The notes under the pieces: model-generated
What the model was told of the DNA's origin: nothing
The model's database searches: none
What the model saw: only the letters and a program-made list of their open reading frames with translations
Virus record (IMG/VR): IMGVR_UViG_3300031251_000005
Location: 23,977 to 87,976 of that record
From: a virus
Strand: one strand, 5' to 3'
Length of the DNA stretch: 64,000 bases
Position numbers and translations under genes: made by a program
Shown: in pieces, positions 10,077-19,715 of the stretch
How positions within the stretch are numbered: position 1 is the stretch's first letter
Layout of the letters: every line of letters begins with the position of its first letter

Positions 10077-12620
10077 ATGGCTAAAAAAGATGAAAATAAA
10101 AAACCAGTTGAAGATGATATCTCTACCACTGAGAAAGTATGGAGAGTACCTAAGACTGATTTAGTAGCACCTACTAATAAAAAGAAATACACTAGCAATC
10201 TAGATATTGATTTTAGTAGATTAAAACGTATAGTACTAGACCACTCTGATAGACTGGATGATGCAGCTGGTATTATGGAAACTTTACCAGATCTAGAAAT
10301 AGTCAAAGAGACTCTAGTAGCTAGCATATTATCACCCAAAGATTTAAAAGAAGTAAAACTAAATATAACAATTAATAAAAATGCTCCACCAGAAATAGCT
10401 GAATTAGTAAGAGATCACTTTACATCAGAATTTAATCTAGAGAGTAAATTATCTGTAATATTAGAGGAGTCTCTTTTTACTAAAGGCAGTTATATTTTAA
10501 TGACATTACCACCTAATGCTATTAGAAAGATTATTGTTGAAAATACATATGGATTAGAATCAGCTAAGTATAATATAACTAATTTAGATATTGATAACTT
10601 TAGCTTGCCTAATATTGGTTTATTACATTCTAATCTAGATAATGTAAACTATAGTTTAGAAAGTATCACTGATGAACGTAATTCTAAATTCTCTTTAGAA
10701 GGCGTAAACTGTAGTTTTACTAAAGGTGAAGATTTTAATGAATATAAAAAGTATGTAGAAATTAGTGATAATTGTTTACATTTAATCAGACCTGCAATTA
10801 AATCTTATAGTGGTAAGAAAAAAGTAAGTGATATATTAAAGAATGCTTTTGGTATGGAAGCAGTTCAAAATACTGTTAATGTTGAATCTATTTATTTAAG
10901 TAGATCAGCTACTACTATTCCTTTGCTAACTATGTCAGAAGATGTAGAAAAAGAAACTGAATTTAATCCAGTGGTTTTAACATTACCACAAGAATCAGTT
11001 ATTCCAGTGCATGTTCCAGGTGAGCCTACTAATCATGTTGGTTATTATGTCTTTTTAGATGAGGATGGTAATCCAATTAGATATACTAGTACTAGTAATA
11101 AATTTAAAGAATTAAACACTAGATTAAATAATACTATTAAAAATCAAACTTTAATGAATAATATTGGCTTAGGTGTAACCTATGCTAATAATTCAGTATC
11201 TAAAAACGCTAATGCTATTAATAATAGACTTTTATTAGAGGCTTATTATAAAAAGTTTGAAAATGATTTAAAAGAAAAGATAGCTAAAGGTGGAACTGGG
11301 CAAACTGTAGAAATCAGTAACCCTGGTGAATTATATAGAATTATGTTTGCTAGGCAACTAGAAAAACAAAAAACTAAAGTTATCTATGTTCCTAAAGAAA
11401 TGATTAGTTATATAGCGTTTAATTACAATGAAACCGGCACTGGTATCTCATTGATTGAAAAGACTAAATTAATATCTTCTTTTAGGGCTGTATTAATGTT
11501 TGCTACTTTAATGGCTCATGTTAAAAGTTCAGTAAATCTAAGAACTCTTAGTATTACTTTAGATCAAGATGATCCAGATCCAACAGCTACGGTAGAATCT
11601 ATATTAAATGAAACAGTAGCCTTAAGTGCATCTGGTATGCCTTTAGGTAGAACAAATCCATTAGATATAGTAGACTCGTTACAAAAGTCTGGATTACAGA
11701 TTAAAGTAGATGGTGGTACCAGATACCCTAATACTAACATTGATTTAGCAGAAACTAAAAGAAACATTACTCCCCCTTCTTTAGATTTATCTGATATGTT
11801 AAGAGATATGCATTATTCAGCTCTATGGGTAAATCCTGAAACTATTACTAGATCTGCAGATATTGATTTTGCTTCTACTCTTACATCAATAAATTTATTA
11901 CAAGCTAAACGTATTACTGAAGTGCAAACTAAATACACAGCAGCTCTAAGCGGTGTAATAAAGAACTATATCTATATGGGTGGACCTTTATACACTACAA
12001 TTAAAGAAAAATATAATTCTGCTAAAAGCTCTTTAACTTTAGAAGAAGTAATTGACAGTATAGCTGTTACATTACCTAAACAAGACAATGCAGTTATTTT
12101 AACACAAGCTAAAGAATATGCAGATTATTGTACATTTATAGAAACCGCTGTGGACTCTTATATATCAGATGGTATGATTAAAGATTTATTAACTGGTGAA
12201 TATATTGGTTTAAGCATAGATGATGTTAGAAATACTATTTTAGATAAATTAAAACGTGATTGGTTACGTGGTCAAAATATGTTACCTGAATTAGATACTA
12301 TTATTATTAATGAAGATAATAATGCTACTAAAAATTTAGAATTACATAATGACAATGTAATTAAATTCATCAGCGAAATCTTAAGGCACGTTAAAAAAAC
12401 TGAACATGATGAAGATGAAAAAACTAAAGAAGAAATAGATAAGTTAAATCCTCCACCACCTGAAGAAGAAACTACAGATGTAGATAACCCATCTCCAAAA
12501 GAAGGTGAGGAAAATACAGATATATCTGAAGATAACAATGAAAATGATCTAGATAAAGACTTAGATAATCCTGATGAGTCAGATAAACCAAAGGATGATG
12601 ATAAGGATACCAAAAAGTAA
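10077..12620 (+). CDS. Portal protein (phiKZ gp129-like)
   Basis: LPDLEIVKETLVASILSPKD and ESVIPVHVPGEPTNHVGYYVFLDEDGNP; acidic disordered C-terminus; 847 aa. Confidence 0.75.
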   Translation: MAKKDENKKPVEDDISTTEKVWRVPKTDLVAPTNKKKYTSNLDIDFSRLKRIVLDHSDRLDDAAGIMETLPDLEIVKETLVASILSPKDLKEVKLNITINKNAPPEIAELVRDHFTSEFNLESKLSVILEESLFTKGSYILMTLPPNAIRKIIVENTYGLESAKYNITNLDIDNFSLPNIGLLHSNLDNVNYSLESITDERNSKFSLEGVNCSFTKGEDFNEYKKYVEISDNCLHLIRPAIKSYSGKKKVSDILKNAFGMEAVQNTVNVESIYLSRSATTIPLLTMSEDVEKETEFNPVVLTLPQESVIPVHVPGEPTNHVGYYVFLDEDGNPIRYTSTSNKFKELNTRLNNTIKNQTLMNNIGLGVTYANNSVSKNANAINNRLLLEAYYKKFENDLKEKIAKGGTGQTVEISNPGELYRIMFARQLEKQKTKVIYVPKEMISYIAFNYNETGTGISLIEKTKLISSFRAVLMFATLMAHVKSSVNLRTLSITLDQDDPDPTATVESILNETVALSASGMPLGRTNPLDIVDSLQKSGLQIKVDGGTRYPNTNIDLAETKRNITPPSLDLSDMLRDMHYSALWVNPETITRSADIDFASTLTSINLLQAKRITEVQTKYTAALSGVIKNYIYMGGPLYTTIKEKYNSAKSSLTLEEVIDSIAVTLPKQDNAVILTQAKEYADYCTFIETAVDSYISDGMIKDLLTGEYIGLSIDDVRNTILDKLKRDWLRGQNMLPELDTIIINEDNNATKNLELHNDNVIKFISEILRHVKKTEHDEDEKTKEEIDKLNPPPPEEETTDVDNPSPKEGEENTDISEDNNENDLDKDLDNPDESDKPKDDDKDTKK

Positions 12621-12634
12621 GTAAACAAGGAAAT

Positions 12635-12664
12635 ATATACTAGGTGCATTTGCACCTAGTATAT
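12635..12664. terminator. Hairpin terminator after portal
   Basis: atatactaggtgca-tt-tgcacctagtatat. Confidence 0.7.
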
Positions 12665-12670
12665 GACCTA

Positions 12671-12774
12671 TTTTTTAAAGATTCTAATTTTTTGAATATA
12701 TATATAATAGAAATGGTATTAGAATAGTATTGCATTATTCTAATCTTTTTAAATTAAATAGGAGTATTAAAATG
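12671..12774 (+). promoter_or_regulatory. Promoter-hairpin-RBS cassette, copy 2
   Basis: ttttaaagatt...tttgaatatatatataatagaaatggtattagaatagtattgcattattctaatctttttaaattaaataggagta, then ATG 12772. Confidence 0.85.
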
Positions 12775-13110
12775 AGTATCGTAGAAATTAATGAAGTACA
12801 AATGTCAGAATTAAACCTTGCATTAGAAGGTAAAGCATTTGCAAAAAAATGCCGGAGCCAACTAATGGAAGGCCGGGCCATCATTGGAAACGGGGGTGTT
12901 ACTGGTTGTATAGAAGTACATCTTTGTGAAAGTAGTCATGGTGCTGTCGAGTGGCATGTATGTATCATGCCAGAAAGAAAACCTGAAGATCTTGCCAGAG
13001 GCAAACACTCTTACCCTGGTAGACTAGAAATCAACCATGTGTCTACATTTACAGACTGGGACCCAATGGTGAAATTTGTTAAGGATACCGTTATATCTGA
13101 CTATATCTAA
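12772..13110 (+). CDS. Hypothetical accessory protein carried by cassette copy 2
   Basis: ATG after AGGAG; visibly more GC-rich codons than the flanking core genes; bounded by hairpins on both sides. Confidence 0.75.
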   Translation: MSIVEINEVQMSELNLALEGKAFAKKCRSQLMEGRAIIGNGGVTGCIEVHLCESSHGAVEWHVCIMPERKPEDLARGKHSYPGRLEINHVSTFTDWDPMVKFVKDTVISDYI

Positions 13111-13119
13111 ACCGAACAC

Positions 13120-13149
13120 CATTATGGATGTCAAATGACATCCATAATG
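13120..13149. terminator. Hairpin terminator
   Basis: cattatggatgtca-aa-tgacatccataatg then a T-run. Confidence 0.7.
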
Positions 13150-13172
13150 CCCATCTTTAATTGTTTTTTTTT

Positions 13173-13358
13173 TCAATTGTAAACAGTTAACACTCTACTA
13201 ACATAATTAGCTGTTTGAATTGATCGTTGTCCAATAATAGTTGGTAAACATCGCATCATAGATTCATATAGGTTTGATTGGCATTTATTAACAGCACGCT
13301 GTATATTGCCTTGTCCAGCATTATAACTCGCTAATAGCATTTTTGTTTTATTAGCATT
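13173..13358 (-). pseudogene. C-terminal remnant of a second SLT lytic transglycosylase
   Basis: Reverse strand reads NKTKMLLASYNAGQGNIQRAVNKCQSNLYESMMRCLPTIIGQRSIQTANYVSRVLTVYN*, collinear with the C-terminus of 13525..14178; the 5' part is missing. Confidence 0.85.
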
Positions 13359-13441
13359 ATATCTTAGCTAAGTATGGGTTACAAACCGCTTTATTAAAGT
13401 TATTTAATGTGCATATTACCGTTGGTAAGTATGAGTTAGAT
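13354..13441 (+). repeat. Exact 88-bp copy of 3251-3338 (internal to the RNAP gene)
   Basis: gcattatatcttagctaagtatggg...ggtaagtatgagttagat is identical at both loci. Confidence 0.95.
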
Positions 13442-13487
13442 GATAATTCAGATAATTTAGATATACCTAAATAATAATTAGCATAGG

Positions 13488-13521
13488 CATAGATACTAGG
13501 ACAATTGTCCTAGTATCTATG
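13488..13521. terminator. Perfect 34-bp palindrome
   Basis: catagatactaggacaa|ttgtcctagtatctatg at the 3' end of the SLT gene. Confidence 0.75.
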
Positions 13522-13524
13522 TAT

Positions 13525-14178
13525 TTATGCAAAAGAATTATAAAGTGTTAAAACATTTTGAACATATATAATAGTTTCTGTAGAATTATTACCTGTTACT
13601 TTTTTTAAGCATGGCATAATATCTTCGTATTGAGATGACTTACATAATTTCTTAGCTTTATTGACATTACCTATACCAGCATTATAGGAAGCTAAGATAA
13701 TTTTAACTTTATTTGAGTCATATGTATAATTATCCCAATAAGAGGATATTTGATTAAGATAAAAAGCAGCAGCATGAATAGAAGCATCAGGATTATTATG
13801 CCCTGTTTTAGCTTTTATATTTGCTCTCTTTTTAATAGCAGAAAATGTATTAGGCATTAATTGACAGAGTCCTAAAGCTCCTTCTTTTGATATAGCTTTA
13901 GGGTTTAAATTTGACTCAATAGTACATAGTGCTTTTAATAATTTATAATCACTATATGGTAAATATTCTTTTGTATATTTTTTAAAGTTTTGATCATATT
14001 TTAATTCAGTTAAAAACTTACGTTTATATTGAACTAATTTCAATTGTTTAGCTGATATTTTACAGATATTTTTACTAGCATATCTATGTGATGTTGATGT
14101 ATCTTTTATAGTGGTAGAAGCATAAGCATCCACAGATACTATAAATAACAACATTAAAAATACAAATAGATTTCTCAT
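13525..14178 (-). CDS. Secreted SLT-family lytic transglycosylase
   Basis: Signal peptide (MRNLFVFLMLLFIVSVDAYA); IESNLNPKAIS, GALGLCQLMP, ASYNAGIGNV and ETIIYV motifs. Confidence 0.9.
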   Translation of the reverse strand: MRNLFVFLMLLFIVSVDAYASTTIKDTSTSHRYASKNICKISAKQLKLVQYKRKFLTELKYDQNFKKYTKEYLPYSDYKLLKALCTIESNLNPKAISKEGALGLCQLMPNTFSAIKKRANIKAKTGHNNPDASIHAAAFYLNQISSYWDNYTYDSNKVKIILASYNAGIGNVNKAKKLCKSSQYEDIMPCLKKVTGNNSTETIIYVQNVLTLYNSFA

Positions 14179-14208
14179 AATAGACCTTAAATATTAAATT
14201 AAACATAA

Positions 14209-14240
14209 TTAGATATACCTGGATATCCAGGTATATCTAA
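14209..14240. terminator. Perfect 32-bp palindrome
   Basis: ttagatatacctggat|atccaggtatatctaa. Confidence 0.7.
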
Positions 14241-14277
14241 AACAAAGTTTTTAAACATTTTAATTAACTTTGTACCT

Positions 14278-14745
14278 TTATCTAGGAGTAGCTATATTAT
14301 CAAATTCATTTGATGTAATAACTAATTTAATTGTTTCCTCCGGATGTATTTTATAAGTAATAGTATTTATAGACTTAATAATACCATAATCAGGTTCAGA
14401 AATATCTGCTGTAATAGTAATAGTAACAGTTTCACCATTATTACCTGGAACTCTTGTTACTACGCCATCACTACTTACAGTAGCAATTTTAGTATCAGAA
14501 GATACATATTTAATGTTAGTAATATGTTGATTATTATTAGTACGAGCAATAGTAATTCTGTGTTTTTTCTTCAAAATAAAAACATCAGGTTCAGCAGGCA
14601 CTACTGTATCTTCTACTTCTTTAGTTAATTCTTTAATAGCATTAGTAGTACTTTTAAGAGTATTATCTAATTTATCAAATTCTTCTTGTACATCATATAA
14701 AACATCATTATCAAAATGCTTTACATTATGTTCTTGATTACTCAT
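14278..14745 (-). CDS. Ig-like (Big_2-type) domain protein
   Basis: YVSSDTKIATVSSDGVVT...GETVTITIT motif; AAGGAGAGG before ATG 14745. Confidence 0.65.
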   Translation of the reverse strand: MSNQEHNVKHFDNDVLYDVQEEFDKLDNTLKSTTNAIKELTKEVEDTVVPAEPDVFILKKKHRITIARTNNNQHITNIKYVSSDTKIATVSSDGVVTRVPGNNGETVTITITADISEPDYGIIKSINTITYKIHPEETIKLVITSNEFDNIATPR

Positions 14746-14808
14746 TGACCTCTCCTTTGTGAGATTAAAAAGTAACACATCCTTGTGTTATTTATTTTTA
14801 AGCTAAAC

Positions 14809-15510
14809 TTAACCAACAACACCAGTAGTAGCTTGAGCGCCAGCTACTGTATCTTGTGAAGTAGGTGCAACTGGAGTTTCTGCTGCACTAACAGGAGCAA
14901 AAGCGTCAACCGCTGGAGCTACTGCAGGTGCTGGATCAACAGCTGTTGGAGCTACTTGATCTGTGGGTGCAACAACAGGTGCAACAGGTGCTTCTGGAGC
15001 TGCGGTAGCAGCGCTATCAACCACTGGTGTAGCTTCTACGGCAGCTGGCGCTACTGGGGTAGGTTCAACCACAGGAGCGGGTTGTTCAACTGGAGCTACC
15101 GGAGCAACATCGGCAACCGCTGGAGCTGCATCTTGTACCACAGGTTGTGCTGGTGCTTCTACAGGCGCAGCAGCAGGAGTACTATCTACCAACGCAGCTT
15201 GGCTTGCTTCAACTGCAGCAGCAGGAGCTGTAGCAATAGTTTGTGCTGCTTGTTCGGCTGCCAGATCCGCATTAGCAGAAGCAGTTGAGGTTTGAATAGC
15301 AGCATCAGCAGCGTCAATAGCAGCTTGTGTTTCTGGTGTGATTGCAGGTGCAACACTCAGAGCATTCAATTGATCTGTCAATGCAGTGATTTGTGCACCA
15401 CGAGCATTATAACCAGAGATCAAAGTAGCAGTTTCAGCTTTATAAGCAGCCAGCGCTGCAACCAAAGCTTGTGAGTGAATAATAAGTTGAGCAAGGGTAG
15501 TTCCAGACAT
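14809..15510 (-). CDS. Ala/Pro/Val-rich protein with an N-terminal coiled coil
   Basis: 233 aa; AGGAG RBS; low-complexity APVAP repeats. Confidence 0.75.
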   Translation of the reverse strand: MSGTTLAQLIIHSQALVAALAAYKAETATLISGYNARGAQITALTDQLNALSVAPAITPETQAAIDAADAAIQTSTASANADLAAEQAAQTIATAPAAAVEASQAALVDSTPAAAPVEAPAQPVVQDAAPAVADVAPVAPVEQPAPVVEPTPVAPAAVEATPVVDSAATAAPEAPVAPVVAPTDQVAPTAVDPAPAVAPAVDAFAPVSAAETPVAPTSQDTVAGAQATTGVVG

Positions 15511-15614
15511 AAAATCTCCTAGGATTATTTGATTTATAAAAAGTGATTAATCATTTTAATATAGAGTTAAGAAAACTTTTACTCTACACATTATATTTGG
15601 TTTTTAGTTTATTT

Positions 15615-15956
15615 TTATTTAGTTGAAGAAGAGGAAGTATCTAATACTGGTGTATTAGCTGGTACTGCTACCGATACCGCTGCTAATGCATTTAATTTTT
15701 CAGATACACTAGCTGATACTTTAGCAGCTTCTTTAATACCATCAACTAAAGATTGATTAGCACCAGCATCTTGCGCTACTTGTCCAGCAATAGGTGCTAT
15801 TACTTTAACTGAATTAGAAACTACTTCGATGGTAGCTTCAATGTTTTTTAAATCAGAATTAGCCTGAGCAATAATTTGCTCATGTGTTTGGTTTTGACAA
15901 GCTGATAATACAATGGACATAATTGCCATTAATAAAAATGATTTAGCTTTATACAT
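15615..15956 (-). CDS. Small lipoprotein
   Basis: Basic N-terminus, hydrophobic stretch, lipobox LSAC. Confidence 0.7.
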   Translation of the reverse strand: MYKAKSFLLMAIMSIVLSACQNQTHEQIIAQANSDLKNIEATIEVVSNSVKVIAPIAGQVAQDAGANQSLVDGIKEAAKVSASVSEKLNALAAVSVAVPANTPVLDTSSSSTK

Positions 15957-16026
15957 GATAACTCCAAAAAAATAAGTAAAGGAAATAGAGCATAATATTA
16001 CTTAGACTATTAATTAAAGATTTAAG

Positions 16027-16058
16027 ATAGAGATAGGAGATTAATCTCCTATCTCTAT
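16027..16058. terminator. Perfect 32-bp palindrome
   Basis: atagagataggagatt|aatctcctatctctat downstream of the tail-fibre operon. Confidence 0.75.
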
Positions 16059-16076
16059 TATTACCTAGTTACTTAA

Positions 16077-19000
16077 TTAAGCACCATGTGGTACTCTAGG
16101 TTCCCAACAACCTGGTGTTGGTGGAGTACCAAAATATTGTCCATTAATATCAATATATCCATTACTTAATATTTCTCCAGCCCCAATAGCAGGGCTGTTT
16201 GGTGCTGGTCTAGGATCGCCATATACTGCCCCTGGAAACCATAGATTTAAGTCACTAGCAAGTACACCTGCCACTAATCCAGTGGAAGTGTGAGTAATAT
16301 CTGTACTATTAACTTTTAATACATTATTAATAACATTACTAAAACTAGTACCAGGTATAGTAGTTGTATTACCAAACCCTACTGTTATATTTCCTCTTAC
16401 TAAATAGTTAGTAACATTACCAGCATTTAATACAACTTTACTACCACCAAAGGCACCAGTAGCATCAATAGCAACATTATTAGCATATACAAAATTAGCA
16501 AAAGGATCGCCATTATAGGAATAACTGTTATGTACCGCTGTTGCAGTTATGCCCATTGAAGGACCAATAGGTATTGAGCTTGGTGATACATTTCCAGTCC
16601 ATATGTAAGTATTATGAATAATAACCATATTTTGAGTTAAAGAACTAGTGATAGAACTAGTATCAAAGGTAGCTACAATACAGTCTATAAATAAGTTACC
16701 AACTGTTAATGAAATACCGGTACTACAGTTATGTTGAATAGCTATACCACATTGCTCTATAATATTTCCATGATATATTGTATTCTGTGAACCTTGTTCA
16801 CTATAGAAAGCAGAGCCATCGTTAGCATTACCACCAGTACCACATCTAGCTCTTAATACATAATTACCAAAACAGGTGTGTTTTGTACCAGCAGTACCTT
16901 GAATGTACAATAATGCACCACCATTTGATGAACATAAATTACCATCAATAAGTATATTATTTTTAATCTCATAACTATATGTATTACCACCAGAAACTTT
17001 TTCATTGTCAATATGCACAGTATAAGTTGTGGTATTAGTAACATAGTTATTAAAGAACTCAAAACTACATTCAGCCGCTGGTGAACAATGATTAGTCAGA
17101 TAAGTAGGTTGACACCAGTTAAATGAACAATACTCAAATCGTAAACCAGTCATTGGTGTGCTAGTTGGTACAGATTCTACTACCCTACATTTTTCAAATT
17201 TAAGACCATGGAATATAACATTAGATAACCCATTATTACTAGCCCTAAACATTGCAGTGGGCCCAAACACGCTAAAGTTTTGGTAAGTAGCAGACGGTGA
17301 GCTGGATGTAGATGAATGATAAAATACAATATATGTGCTATCAAAAATAAAATCACCAAAATTTACAAGATCTGTATAATCATTACCAGCATTACCAGTA
17401 CCATTAGTTTGGTTAACAGCTAATACTGCAGCTTTTGTAACACCACCAACATCATACGTAATATTTAATAACCAGATATCTGAGCCAGGATACCCGTTAC
17501 CAACCCATGGTAGTCTCCATAATCCACCACCACTACTTCCATACGGTTGCCAATAAGACCAATCTGAATTAACCACTTTACCATAATAACGAATTATTGG
17601 TTGTGGGTTAGTTAAGTTAGTTAAACGTCTAGGCATATATGGTTTGAAAACTATAGGTGCCCCAGTTGTACCTACCCAGTTGTTAGCATTATTACCAGTA
17701 AACCAAGTGCGCACAGGTGCACCACTATTACCAGCATATGTTCCCCAAGCCTCTCCATAGTCATATACACCATCAGCTGCTATATAAATAGTATCACCAG
17801 GACTTAAAGTTTTTCCGCTTAGTTTATAAATACTCTGCCAAGGACCAGTGGTACTACCAGATGTTATAGTAGTAGGTGCTAAACCTGTATTACTATCATT
17901 ACCAGCTACACTGTCAATGTAATATGAAGTACCAGAATCAGTAGGAATACTAGTAGGTATATTAGGTATTACTCTTTGACCATCAGTTGCTAAAAGAGAT
18001 CTATACTTAGAATGAATACCAAGTGTAGATGCTGCTAAATTACCTACAAATGTAGCTACCCCACTAGACACTGAATATCTAGTATTAATTACTTCATAAA
18101 TACCATTAGGTAAACCATTAGTTACATCAGTATTAAATGTGTATAAATTGGTATAGAAAGCTTTACCCATTAAGACGGTACCATTCCATGTGTATAGACC
18201 ATTATTAACAGTACAATTATAAGTACCATTTGGTAAATGAGCAGTAGCTACTGCTGTAGTTAAAGCTTGAAAGGTAGAAAATGTACCAGTTGCTGTTAAA
18301 GCAGTACCATCATAGGTAGCAGTTACATTAACACTAGCATAAATTACAGTATATAGATTACTAGCTGTTTTAAAAGCACTAGCTAAGTTAGCAAATGAGC
18401 TAAAAGTAGTAGGTGCACCTGAACCACCTGAACCGGGTGCACCAGTCCACCCGGTCCAACCAGTAGCACCAGTCCACCCGGTCCAACCAGTAGCACCCAT
18501 AGGACCAGCAGTACCTTGAGCACCAGTAGGACCTGGAGCACCAGTAGCTCCTGGTACACCTTGAATACCTTGAGCACCTTGAGCACCAGTAGGACCAGTC
18601 CATCCAGTTCCTGAAGTACCACCACCAGTGCCTAACTGTATTAAAGTAGTGCCATCATAAGTATATACTGCACCACTTACTCTATATGTTCCTGGGGGTA
18701 ACACAGCTAAACCCTGAGCACCTGTTAATAGTGAATAAAGATTAAAATAACCATGTGCATCTAAGACACTACCATCAAATGAAACTTGTAATGCAAAACT
18801 ACCCGCTGTATATACATGTGATATACCAATTGGTAATGTACCAGCTGTTTTAGCTGAGTATAAAGTTGATAAATTAGGGTATGCGTTTACAATAGATTTT
18901 GGTTGCCAGGTTACACCATCATACTGAAATATGGATAGTGTATCCATTGTAATAGCTAACATACCTTTTCTTAATCTAAGAACAGGTATTGCTGATAATG

Positions 19001-19133
19001 CCGCTTGATTGACTACCTCTCGATAGCCACCCACACCATATATTGCATCATGTGTAGCATATGGGTCTTGATCTGTAAAAGGTACAATCGGCCCTGGCAG
19101 ATTAATACCTGATAATGGAATTGCTGTAGTCAT
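16077..19133 (-). CDS. Tail fibre/spike with a collagen-like stalk and a C-terminal beta-helix (putative depolymerase)
   Basis: G-X-Y run (GPTGAQG...[10 protein letters not shown]); [29 protein letters not shown] and Asn-ladder repeats typical of pectate-lyase-like folds. Confidence 0.8.
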   Translation of the reverse strand: MTTAIPLSGINLPGPIVPFTDQDPYATHDAIYGVGGYREVVNQAALSAIPVLRLRKGMLAITMDTLSIFQYDGVTWQPKSIVNAYPNLSTLYSAKTAGTLPIGISHVYTAGSFALQVSFDGSVLDAHGYFNLYSLLTGAQGLAVLPPGTYRVSGAVYTYDGTTLIQLGTGGGTSGTGWTGPTGAQGAQGIQGVPGATGAPGPTGAQGTAGPMGATGWTGWTGATGWTGWTGAPGSGGSGAPTTFSSFANLASAFKTASNLYTVIYASVNVTATYDGTALTATGTFSTFQALTTAVATAHLPNGTYNCTVNNGLYTWNGTVLMGKAFYTNLYTFNTDVTNGLPNGIYEVINTRYSVSSGVATFVGNLAASTLGIHSKYRSLLATDGQRVIPNIPTSIPTDSGTSYYIDSVAGNDSNTGLAPTTITSGSTTGPWQSIYKLSGKTLSPGDTIYIAADGVYDYGEAWGTYAGNSGAPVRTWFTGNNANNWVGTTGAPIVFKPYMPRRLTNLTNPQPIIRYYGKVVNSDWSYWQPYGSSGGGLWRLPWVGNGYPGSDIWLLNITYDVGGVTKAAVLAVNQTNGTGNAGNDYTDLVNFGDFIFDSTYIVFYHSSTSSSPSATYQNFSVFGPTAMFRASNNGLSNVIFHGLKFEKCRVVESVPTSTPMTGLRFEYCSFNWCQPTYLTNHCSPAAECSFEFFNNYVTNTTTYTVHIDNEKVSGGNTYSYEIKNNILIDGNLCSSNGGALLYIQGTAGTKHTCFGNYVLRARCGTGGNANDGSAFYSEQGSQNTIYHGNIIEQCGIAIQHNCSTGISLTVGNLFIDCIVATFDTSSITSSLTQNMVIIHNTYIWTGNVSPSSIPIGPSMGITATAVHNSYSYNGDPFANFVYANNVAIDATGAFGGSKVVLNAGNVTNYLVRGNITVGFGNTTTIPGTSFSNVINNVLKVNSTDITHTSTGLVAGVLASDLNLWFPGAVYGDPRPAPNSPAIGAGEILSNGYIDINGQYFGTPPTPGCWEPRVPHGA
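18439..18497. repeat. 27-bp tandem duplication in the collagen region
   Basis: gcaccagtccacccggtccaaccagta twice, plus gcacc. Confidence 0.9.
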
Positions 19134-19142
19134 TTTATCTCC

Positions 19143-19697
19143 TTACAACCAATTAATAGTAATATCTTTTCCAGTTTCTAGATTATTAAATCTTAATACG
19201 TTATATATTACTGGGTTTTTATTTGAATCTGTGATAGTTAGAGTAGACAATGTATAATCATTAAATTGTAAAGTACCAGCCTCAGTAACTAAGGTTGGCA
19301 TAGTAGGTAAACCAAAACTAGCTGGATATGCATAATAAGGATATTTACCACCAGCACAATTAAATATAGTAGTATTAACTAAACTAGTACTTAATAAATT
19401 ACCAGATAGTTTTAATACCTGATCTGGCATTAAATATCGTAAAGGACTAGTGCCATAATAAACGGGTTTAGTATTACTATCTAGAACTAAAACTGGATGA
19501 ATAGTATTAGCCTTTATTAATATCTTTTCTATGGTACTACCAGCAGTTACTATTGCTTCACTACTTAACCATTTTAATAAAGTTGGTTTTAATTTGGCAT
19601 CTATTTTATTACTAGCTAAGGCTAATTTAATTTGTTTAGCTTGATTACTAGTTAAACTACCATTTGCTGTTCTTTGTAAAGCTATTGAATCAGTCAT
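19143..19697 (-). CDS. Tail-fibre-associated protein; C-domain paralogous to that of 19716..21005
   Basis: NC.GG.YPYYAYPASFGLPT...YNV.RF.NL.TG..ITINW is shared by both proteins. Confidence 0.7.
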   Translation of the reverse strand: MTDSIALQRTANGSLTSNQAKQIKLALASNKIDAKLKPTLLKWLSSEAIVTAGSTIEKILIKANTIHPVLVLDSNTKPVYYGTSPLRYLMPDQVLKLSGNLLSTSLVNTTIFNCAGGKYPYYAYPASFGLPTMPTLVTEAGTLQFNDYTLSTLTITDSNKNPVIYNVLRFNNLETGKDITINWL

Positions 19698-19715
19698 TTT
19701 TATTATCCTTTTTTA

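Noticed and set aside
14956-15474. Plus-strand ORFs 14956, 14963 and 15292
   Set aside because: Shadow frames of the Ala/Pro-rich minus-strand gene; no RBS.
18383-18625. Cys/Trp-rich and Leu/Val-rich small ORFs
   Set aside because: Alternative frames of the collagen repeat.
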